DNA of 64,000 nucleotides from Eledone cirrhosa (Eukaryota), in contig OZ024742.1 in assembly GCA_964016885.1 (NCBI GenBank), positions 133,424,001-133,488,000 of the forward strand, written 5' to 3'. The translations under genes were made by a program, and so were the position numbers. Shown piece by piece: positions 53,901-64,000 of the stretch. The notes beneath the pieces are model-generated. The model worked only from the letters and a program-made list of their open reading frames with translations. It was not told the origin of the DNA and searched no databases. Every line of letters begins with the position of its first letter. Positions within the stretch are counted from its first letter, which is position 1.

Positions 53901-54855
53901 ACGGTGGGAGAATCACAGACATTCCAGTCATATTCTTTAATGACAACCTCCATCCCATGCTATTTATCATAGAGAATATAGCAAAGGTACCTGGAACGGC
54001 TGCTGCCTTGATCAATTTATATCCGACAAACGCTTTCGATAGGGTCGACCATCGTTATCTGGCGGCGGTCATGAAATGGGTTGCCTTTGCAGTCCCGCCC
54101 ACCCATCAGAGGCTGGGTCGCTGCCATTGACACCGACAAGGTCTATGTGCTGAGAGTGAACAGTTACTTTTCAGAACCGTTCAACATAATGTGCTCGGCT
54201 CACGCAGAATGTCACCTCTTGTCCCTGTTATATGTATTCACTCTTGGCCCACTACTACAAAACTGGAGACATTGAGGAGTCTGGTTTAGTCCGGAGATCC
54301 AAATGGACAAAACCTGGGAGGAGGTGACGAGTAAGTTGGCCTCTTTCCCCAGAAGCGGATTGAAAGGAATCTGGCTCTGAAACGTCGGTAGGAGGTGGCG
54401 AAAGCGTACATCACGTTCGTCATCTACTATCACCTGACCAAGTCATAAGCCTCGCTTGACTGCACTGGAGCGTTTGCTCTTTCGCTTCTAGTAGAAGAAA
54501 CGCGCTCGGATGATCAGGCGGTTTATCTGCTGTCGACACTAGCTACGCTGAGGGCTGCGCATGCCTATGCTAATGATGTGCAGAATTGAGCTGAGGCTAC
54601 GTCGTCTCAAATACTTACTTGGAGGTAAACAAATGAGGTCACCACTTGATAGCCGTGATTTTCACCCATTCGTCTCATTGATGGAACTCCCATCCTGGGT
54701 CAAGCGAAGAACGAGAGGGAAGGCTTGGATACTGGAATGTCTTCAGGCCCTCCCACTCCTCAGCCAATCGGGCAATACGATCGGTGGAAGCTCCACCTTC
54801 CCTTTCTATAGAGGGTTACTGGATGGTAAGAGCGATGACGTCCTTAATGAGGCTC
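50945..54855 (+). mobile_element. Degenerate L1/Tx1 LINE (ORF1 and internally deleted ORF2)
   Basis: ORF1 similarity (RVTQVPSEIAIPW, DGSHLT); APE start ataaatgcgcgtggc; AFDRVDHRYLAAV; FYRGLLDGKSDDVL; preceded by aattattatt. Confidence 0.88.
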
Positions 54856-54959
54856 ACAGTATATATTATATTCATACTATCAATCTCCAGTTGGAATTTT
54901 ATAATGCTGGAATAACTTATTGTACGTGTAAGCGGCAAACATTTATAAATATTTTTACT

Positions 54960-55460
54960 TGCCAAAGATAGACCAGAGCTCTACAATGAGAGTAATTGTG
55001 GCATTATCATCTCTATATATACTGCAGTTCCAAATTGTAACAGGCTTCATTAAATGTTTGCCAGGCTCACCTTTTAATCAAACCTCTTGTAGTCGGAGTT
55101 TGAACTTGTTCTTCCTTACTTCAAACTGGTTCACTATTGTTAGATATTTGTCAGCTTTTCGTTACATCGATTCAACATAATATTATGTTAGCATATTGTA
55201 TTTCAGGGTTTAGCTTGTTCAGCATTTTTGCTTTTTCTTCTCCTTTCTATATTTATAACTCACTTCAGCTTTTGTTTGTAGGCTTCGTTGATATATGAAA
55301 ACATAGATTTGTTCGCCTTCTATCATTATTTGTAATGTGTTCCCAATATTATCAGCCAATGTATAATTCTACTGTAGAAAGTTATGTGCATAACAACAGA
55401 AGATTACTGGTTTCCCTTCACTTCTTTCTATTTACTTGATATCAAACGCATGCTGTGATA
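54960..55460 (-). mobile_element. Possible further R4/Dong fragment
   Basis: Weak resemblance to the post-RT region. Confidence 0.35.
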
Positions 55461-55519
55461 TGCTGTTTCTTCACACAGAGAACTGTGAGTCCTGTTTAAT
55501 GACAATAGTACTGTTGTTA

Positions 55520-58173
55520 TTATTTTTAACCGCTTGTTGCACAACCATTGTGGCTGTTGATGTGATTCTGGTGCCAGCTATCCACAACCAGTGGACTGAG
55601 GTGGCAACTTCAATTGTCAAGCAGTTTTCTGAGTATCCTAGCAGTTCCAAGGAATTTTGTTTTCTTTAAGGTACTCACCTCAATGATGAACCACAACTTT
55701 TTTTAAATAGTTTTCAATTCTGGGGCTCACTGTACCAAGCTCTCCGACTACAACTGACATCAACCCAACCATTTTCATTGCTCATATGTTAGGGTTTCGT
55801 AATGTTCAACCTTCAATTTGTTGTCACAAACCATATAATCAGTGGGAAACGCCGCATTGAGAATCAAACATACTGTGTTATCTTCATTGTTCATCACAAC
55901 ATCTGGTTTGCAATGTTCCGATTTGTGGTCACATTTGACTAAGAATTCCTAAAGAACTCTTATGTAGTCTTTTTCTATGACAATTGGTTTGCGCTCATAC
56001 CACGGGCTTGCCATTTCGAGGACTTTGTTTTCCACATAACTGTCAATGAATGAGATTTATTACGTTATCATGGCGTCGTTTGTATTGTTTCTGTCAGCTT
56101 TGCGCAATAGCTGGTGATATGCAACAGGCTTCTCCCTTTGCTTTGCATATCCTACAGTTTTCTGTTTCACCTGAGTTGTCAATCTTGTTTTGTAACCTTA
56201 TTTGTCCTCTAGACCTGCTCCAGTGCTGCACATATTAAAGCTTCTGGTTCTAGTTTCAGTTCACTTTTCTGCATCCATAGCCACCTTTTCTCCAAATCGG
56301 TTTTGCTACAATTGTCCATACAAGCTCTGTTCTTTCTATATCCTTTCGGTTTCAATTTGCTTCTTAAGTTCCGTTATTTTTTTCTTTGCAATCTCCAATT
56401 TTCAACATCCAGCAGTTATGGTTCAGTAGCATTCTTTCTGTACCTGGCTACGCTATTCTCTTCTTTTCTCTAGTATCCATCACGACTGATAATTATTCTC
56501 CCTCCTTTCTTTCGTAACAAATATATTCTATCAACATCATTCCTTGGATAAATGGTTCCGTTCATTGTGAATAAATTCTCCGTTTTTTATCCATATATAT
56601 TATCTCCTTCAATACCCAACCAAACATTCCAGCATCTTAGAAAAAGTACTGCCCTAGTATTAAGCCCTTCATATTTATTTCTGCCATTCAAAAGTCCAAT
56701 ATATCTGTGGCCGTTCTCATCTATTTGCTTCAAGACCTCTCCTGGAGTTATTGCTATTCCGTTAACGTGTTCGATCTTGGTTCGATCCAGAAAGAGTATA
56801 CCACATTTCTGTAAGCCAAATCCCATTCCGGTATCCAAAGAAAAGCCAGGAGCTCTCTCCGTAAGTGAACTAATTTGAGAATTGTGTTTTCCATGTAATT
56901 TCAGATGATCAATGGTTAATAGATTAACAGATTAACAAATGAGTGAGTCTTTGCTGTTGTTCGCTAAACCATGCTTTAGCTCTTTTCAGGATCATTGCTA
57001 GAAGCACCATACTCTCCACGAACAACAAATATGTCTCTCCTGATGTCAATTCTACCCATACATTGACCATCGCATGTGACATCGGTGTTCCTTTTAAACA
57101 TAATTTTACTTAGAAATCGTCTATCTTGTTTGCAAATCCGAATATATTTAGGGATTCTGTAATCCGTGAGAGTGGGATCAAATGATATGATTTACGTTAC
57201 TCAATCCATGGCATTATCTGATTGGCAGTATCGGTAGAGGGTCGGACGCCATGCTTTCCAGCATAGTTACGTCCCTTTACGATCTGAGTTCAAGTCCCGC
57301 CGAGGTTGACTTTGCCTTTCATCCTTACGGGGTCGATAAAATAAAGTACCAGTAATGCACTGGGTAATTGCTGGCCTTGTGCCTAAAGTAGAAACAATTT
57401 CCTGATGAGACATCCATTTTTTTTATTCTATTAGTAAATTATCGTTAGTACATTACATTTTTCGTTCACAACCATTCTGCTCACCTGGAAGAATATTGTT
57501 CGCATACAAGTCCTTGTACATCATATCTGAGATTACACTTGTCAATAACATCCACATGACTGGTAAGCAGTATATTGGTCTGTTGTTCTCGATAGCGTTT
57601 CTTTTTGCCACGTCTTTCATACATGGAGCTGTTCTACCTTTAGTGGGCCACTCTGGTATTTCTTTCCCATTTCCTATCAGAACGTTAACCTGTCCTGAAA
57701 TGCTTGCATGGTACCCCTTAACCATTTTATCCAATAGAACTGCACTCTGAAAGGGTCTGGGGAGTTCCAGTTGCTCAAGAATATACCCCTCTCTAATTAT
57801 AATGTGTGACTGCTACGGATATACAGCGGCACTCTTCAGATCTTTTAACCAGTCTGTCTCTTTATTACGCTCTAGTTCTTTACTCGAGATTTTACTCCAT
57901 CACTTTACATTCCTGTTCATTTAGGACCATCACCTTTTTAATCCTCCATTCATTTCCGCGAAGGAAATTGTTTAATTCTCTGCTCTTCTCCGTTTGTTTT
58001 GTTTACAATCACATGTTTTTTCAATTATTCTAAGACAACCAAGAGCCTATTTCTTTTTATGTCATATTTGCGCTTCAGTCCATCATTCCTAAGTTCCTCG
58101 TTGTTATTTCTATCTAATATTGAAATGGCTCCTCTCACGAGTGTTTAAATGCTTTGCTGCATTACAGTCTTGA
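55520..58173 (-). mobile_element. Old R4/Dong-clade element carrying a SINE
   Basis: IPEW..GRT, NRPIYCLP, EQNG, GMGFGLQKC, RRHDNV, CKPDVV. Confidence 0.85.
57221..57399 (+). mobile_element. SINE inserted in the Dong element
   Basis: Family consensus match. Confidence 0.93.
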
Positions 58174-59714
58174 CTATGGGGTAAAACATATGAATATAAC
58201 TCTCACTACACTCATTGAATTACCTGAGTGGCAGGTTTCTGGTCTGTCCATGTGTGCACATATACATAGGCCAATACATATTCTTCTATTCACAGATAAA
58301 TATGTACACGTGTCTATTTATATCAATATATATATAAATATATTTTCGTCACCCATGATATAAAAAAAAGAAGTTTTATAAATGACACATTACTGACTCC
58401 AAAATGACAACCCTTGCTAAACAAAACGATATAACAATTATTTAAATTGCATTTCGTCAAACCGTTTGGTGGAATGGCAAAAGAGAAATCAAATTACACT
58501 GTACTTTCCGGGGCGAGAACTGAAGGGAAATTTCTAGAAACCAAATTATAGGAGACTTAATTTCCAAACAATCGGATCTTTATAGAAGGAATATGATTAT
58601 TGTATTTTCCAATGTTAGTTGTTCTTTTATCGATCGATTAATCGTATGGTCATATGCAGAATATTCTGTATATTTAAAAGTATTCACTGCTTGTAATGAC
58701 ACAAAAATATGCTGCTGTACGTAGCAATCTTTCAAGTACATCCACTCCTAATCCAACTGTGGATTTAGTGACTAAAAATGACGAGTTTCTAATGAATCTG
58801 GAAATAAGACCACTTGTTGCAGTAACGCACGGAATCCTATGCAGAGCTGAGTAAAATTATGTTTCTACCCAGAAAGGAACAGAGCATCACGTAGTTTCTT
58901 AAACTCTGATCATAAAATGGCGATAGTGAATGATGCCTCATGCATGTCCAACTTGTCGCCGTTATATTATTCCAACGAAGATTATCCATTTGATATCGTT
59001 ATTTAAAACCCATGGGAAATATGAATTAGCTGTTCAATATGTGAGCTAGCCGTGCTGTCTTTTCATACGCGAAAGAAATGCTTTAGATCTAAATACACTC
59101 AAACACTGGATTGAATGAACCATTGTAAATTGAAGAAGGGAATATATCAAAAGCATTTCAAATACCGGAACAGCATATCTTCACTGGATTTACTGGAACT
59201 ATTATATATTAATCTAATAAATCTCTGTGCCAATTGTCACCTGTGTAGTGTGTTTTTCAACACTTATAACATTGCAACACTTATAACATTTTTTTTTTTA
59301 TTGATTCAATAAATGTGTATAATAGCAACTACCTATCTTAGGAAATTGCATCGAGAAAATACATCAATCAGCATAAAATAGTATTTTCCAGGTAAAAGCT
59401 CTGGCAACATTTTCTGTGGGAGAAGGTCATGTGTGTAGGCACAGCAATGCAATTGCCGGAATATAAGTCGAATATATAAAAGCTATGGGTAACTATATAT
59501 TCACATCTGAGTAAATAGAAATACTATGCTCCAGAAATACTGTTCAGTCGTATGACACAACATCTTAGCTTAAATTTTTTAGTCATTTTTCCCAAATATG
59601 TCCAATTATTTTATATACAAAAATTAAATGCATTATTTTAAAAGACAATGAACAGCAAATGCGTCACATCACGTCGAACGTTTTGACATCGTGCCGTATT
59701 TATCCGGAAATAAT

Positions 59715-59882
59715 CGTCGGGTCGGACGCCATACTTTGCAGCATGGAGTTACGGCCCTTTATGATATGAGTCCAAATCCCGCCGATATTAACTTTGCCCT
59801 TCATCCTTACGGGTTTGATAAAATAAAGTACCAGTAATACACTGAGATAATAGCTGGTCTTGTGCCAAAAGTAGAAACAATT
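59715..59882 (+). mobile_element. SINE, diverged copy
   Basis: gggtcggacgcc..ataaaataaagtaccag..tagaaacaatt. Confidence 0.88.
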
Positions 59883-60086
59883 GTGTATGGAGCCTTTTCC
59901 AAAATATTTGAACACCGGTGGCTAGAAAGGTTTTAACGGTCTTTCAAGGAAGTTTGTATTAAGACCAGCAATAGATTGTTGCCAATACACTGCTGTAGAT
60001 AAGGACTAACTCGTGATACTAACCACACCAAGAACAATGAAATGACTAAGACGACAACAACGATATCAAATATTACTACCAATAAT

Positions 60087-60286
60087 AATTGTTTCTACTT
60101 TTGGAACAAGGCTAGCAATTATCTCAGTGCATTACTGGTATTTCATTACTGGTGCATTATTGGTACTTTATTTTATCGATCCCGTATGCAAAGTTAACCT
60201 CGGCGGGATTTGAGCTCAGAATGGAAAGGGCCGTAACTATGCGTCAAAGCATGACGTCCGACCCTCTACCGATACAGCCAACCTCC
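60087..60286 (-). mobile_element. SINE with a candidate TSD
   Basis: ccaataataat at 60079-60089 and 60285-60295. Confidence 0.9.
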
Positions 60287-60879
60287 AATAATAATATTAT
60301 TAATAAACAACAGCAATAGACACAATTCGTAATTCCATCAAATTAAACAGGAATGACCAATTAAGAGTTAATATAGAAGCCTACAAACGCAGTAACACCA
60401 GGAATAATTACAGACAGCAACAACTTAAACAATAAAATGAAAATAATCTTGTTGATCAAAATACATTTTATGAAGAGTTAGGATCAACTTATGCAATAAC
60501 GTTTCAATCGTGATTTCATTCATAATACGAATTGTATGACCATAACAAAAGAAGATGATTACGCGCTGTATAAAATCATCCATTCTTGTGAAGGTTTCAC
60601 TTGCTGAAGAATATCATATAGGCAAAAACATCATACGGATGATATCAAATTCTCACTCATTCTATTAATTCTATTTCAGTTATATCAGTTATGTCCCTTA
60701 CCAGGGAATTATAATTTTAGAATTTCTCATTGTTACTAAACGCATACATCATTTCTTCTGAAGGAAATTTCAAGTCATGTTCATTACTGCTCAAATTATA
60801 TGTTGTTGATGTTGTTATTGATGCTGTCGCAATAGATGTGTCGTGTTTAAATTACTTCCAACAGATGTCTTACGACACC

Positions 60880-61013
60880 TTCTTGTTCTTCTTCTACTTC
60901 TTCTTCTTCTTCTTACTACTAGTAATAATACCCCCACTACTACTATTACTACTGCTACTACTACTACCGCCACCACCACCACCACCACTACTACCGTCAC
61001 CACTAATACTACT
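60880..61013. repeat. Compound trinucleotide tract (TTC/CTA/CCA)
   Basis: Direct reading. Confidence 0.85.
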
Positions 61014-61924
61014 AGGTGGCGTTGCTGAGGATGTCCATTTTGTCTTTATTTTTCTAAATTTAGCTATTTCAATGTAGCTGTTGTTTACTCACGTTATATT
61101 TCCCCAATAAGCCGTCTCATTTTATACTTTGTAAAATAATTCATTTATTCTGTTGCTATTGTTATTGTTTTATTTAGTATTGATTTTTTACTGATTTCTC
61201 TTTCATTTATTTCATTTGGCCATGATTTATTGTATTTAGTTTTAATTGAAGTAGATTTTCACTGATGCAATAAAGACTAGAATTGTGGTAGTAGTTAATA
61301 CCTTAATGGGCTAAAAAAAAGCAATCCAACAAATGATTGACTTTCATATACTATTTCAAGTCATTGTCCCTTTCATCATTATACTCATTATTATTATTAT
61401 TACCAGCAGACGCATGGGCATGATCATCCTTATCACTATCATCATCAAATTTATTATCAATATATTCATAAATAATCACGACGTTAGACTTACCAGTGTT
61501 GCCATCGCCAAATGTATATTATTGTTCTGTTGACTGACGTGTTTGGTCTAAGATTCAATAAATATTACACTCCAAATGTCAGAGAAAATATCGAAATCTT
61601 GTATGGAATGAAAAACCATGCATATTTTTGAACTGCGAGTCACAATTTCTAAACACCAATCTTCAACACCGATCCTGTTACGAGATCTGTTTCGATTGGG
61701 TGTTATTCTAGTGTTACGGCTGTACTTTACAGAGTGTAAATAGATTTAAAAGAGTCGAAGTCAGTGTTGCATGTACAAATTACATATTACAATTGTATCG
61801 AAATCGATATACATATATATATAGGTTCGGATTTAGTTTCCGAAACGCCCGGAGCTTAGTCGTCGGTGTCCTGACATACATATATGCATACATATATACA
61901 TACTGACATACATATATGCATATA

Positions 61925-62020
<96 letters not shown>

Positions 62021-62088
62021 TATATGTCCCAAGGCTCTGATACCATCAACACTATAAACACAGAGCTGGCATATCTAAGAACTGACTA

Positions 62089-62142
62089 ACTGCCTGATGA
62101 GGTCATAGCCATTCAATGGCTATCATCGAAATATATAGCAGT
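62089..62142 (+). ncRNA. Minimal type I hammerhead ribozyme in an about 140-bp unit embedded in (TA)n
   Basis: actgc CTGATGA ggtc atagccat(tca)atggctat catc GAAA tata TA gcagt. Perfect stem I; 1-bp stem III with palindromic tetraloop; AATAAA follows. Confidence 0.88.
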
Positions 62143-62160
62143 AAATAAAGGATTGTTTCG

Positions 62161-62211
<51 letters not shown>

Positions 62212-62344
62212 GTGAGGTTTTTTTTTTACAAAATGAAAAATAACCGAGGTGTCCTACACGAGTGAAAGTATAAAGAAAAAGAGATGAAATCGAAAATGCA
62301 ACTGAAGTCTTATTTTTTTTTTAAATATATATATTTATTTGGTT

Positions 62345-62382
62345 CCTTTACCGGTTTCGCAGTTCTTCTGCTTTTCAAAAGG
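62345..62382 (-). ncRNA. Minimal hammerhead ribozyme with a U3:A8 variant core
   Basis: Minus strand: cctt TTGAAAA gcag aagaa ctgc GAAA ccgg TA aagg. Confidence 0.8.
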
Positions 62383-62606
62383 TGAGTTGAGATGGAGGGT
62401 CTGTGGTTTTTCTCACATCTGGTTAGTCTCTGAATGTTACTTGTTTTATATGGAAAAAGTGGCTCGAAATTCCAGGTTAATTTTTTGCTTAAACTTTAAT
62501 CTGTTATTTTAATAAATATTTGCTCTACGGTTCTTATATATTTGATATATATTTTCCTTATCGAGCCCTCTTTGGATTTTAGTCTTCAATTTTATTATTA
62601 TTACTA

Positions 62607-62863
62607 TCAAGACTGTAATGCAGCAAAGCATTTAAACACTCGTGAGAGGAGCCATTTCAATATTAGATAGAAATAACAACGAGGAACTTAGGAATGATGG
62701 ACTGAAGCGCAAATATGACATAAAAAGAAATAGGCTCTTGGTTGTCTTAGAATAATTGAAAAAACATGTGATTGTAAACAAAACAAACGGAGAAGAGCAG
62801 AGAATTAAACAATTTCCTTCGCGGAAATGAATGGAGGATTAAAAAGGTGATGGTCCTAAATGA
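62607..62863 (-). repeat. Inverted copy of 57917-58173
   Basis: 257 bp; no mismatch found by eye. Confidence 0.95.
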
Positions 62864-62899
62864 CCATCAGTTGAATTTTCGATTTCATCTCTTTTTCTT

Positions 62900-62930
<31 letters not shown>

Positions 62931-64000
62931 GTATGTAAATATATATATAAATATATATATAAATATATACACACATATATATAATACCATATATAAAAGG
63001 ATAAAACCTCCGTTAGGAATTAAGTGTTCATACGTACATCATGTATGAAGAAAAATATGAAACACAGAAATGTTGCTCTGGAAATTTAGTGTTGTAACTA
63101 TCTGTTAAAATGCAATGCCCATATTATAGTTGACATATTTCGTGAAGATATCTTGAAGAAATAAACATTCTTGAGATATGACGATTGTAATATCTACTGA
63201 AATAATAACCAAAAATGTGAATAATGAATAAATTGTGATACCCGTAGTATAATATGGACTCAACAGCTTTAGTGCACAGAAAACTAGACACCTTAATTAT
63301 GAGAAAATATAAACAGGATATGGCGTATTACATAACTATACGGAATAACATCATAACATAAAAAGTAGATATTACATTGGATCGCTCCCAATCGACTCGT
63401 AAATAATTTAAATGTTGATGAATGGCTATAATCACAATTTACAAAAATGTCAATTTACACTTGCTCATCTAATATCAGAATAAGACGACCGGATGTCTAA
63501 AGTAATCAGCATCATTGATTGATGAGTATTTCGTTACTAATATGACTGTTTGGCAACCTTAAATTAGATCGTTATCCTGATCTGACGAATTGTGAATAGT
63601 GAAATTGTTACACATCTCTATATGTGATTAAAAGAGTAAAGATTAGTTGATTCAGCCAATTTAGAACATAGAATTATTTAGTGATTGAATCGCATTGAAT
63701 ATTTGTATCGTGTAATTAACCAAATGTATTTCATCTAAAGTAATTTAAGAAGTTTATCCCTTGGAGAAAACATACGGACTTAGCAAATGTAGGATCGGTG
63801 ATTGTGTCATAATTATGAATCATTGTAAATTCATGTACTCAGTACCAAATATAAATCTTAGTCACACCTTCTAATTGTCCAACTTTGTCAGGAGAAGGTG
63901 ATAATGAACCAAAAAATGACAAAGATCCAAATCCTAATTATACTCGCTAATTTACCCAGAAGATAAAATGAGATTACAATGTATATATTACAAAAGGTGT

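Larger units (their letters stand above)
62207..62903 (-). mobile_element. pLTR-like element with an inverted 35-bp end and a captured local 257-bp segment
   Basis: 62269-62305 pairs with 62867-62903; homology to 2927-3120; flanked by (TA)n. Confidence 0.72.

Noticed and set aside
57402-57412. ctgatga next to a SINE, and similar heptamers at 6501, 45723 and 45765
   Set aside because: No stem II or GAAA follows.
63582-63612. CTGACGA..GAAA
   Set aside because: Weak stem II and no stem I.

Overview
An AT-rich, microsatellite-dense eukaryotic genomic window. The SINE and repeat content suggest a cephalopod, probably Octopus (inference). No host gene could be supported. The window is mostly retroelements sorted by microsatellite. 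(1) Penelope-like elements (Naiad-type RT plus C-terminal GIY-YIG) and short non-coding pLTR-like units sit in or beside (TA)n tracts and carry about ten hammerhead-ribozyme-like motifs, about five with near-complete cores and one with a compensatory U3:A8 core. (2) A cluster at about 11.4-33.7 kb, and a weaker inverted one at 51-58 kb, contains R4/Dong-clade RLE LINEs of at least three families and an APE-type L1/Tx1 LINE. Both join (TAA)n/(ATT)n repeats, in opposite polarity. A tRNA-like SINE shares the ATT preference. There are also mariner, RTE and CRE-like fragments, and a 257-bp piece of nearby DNA copied in inverted orientation inside a ribozyme-bearing element. All alignments and folds were done by eye.
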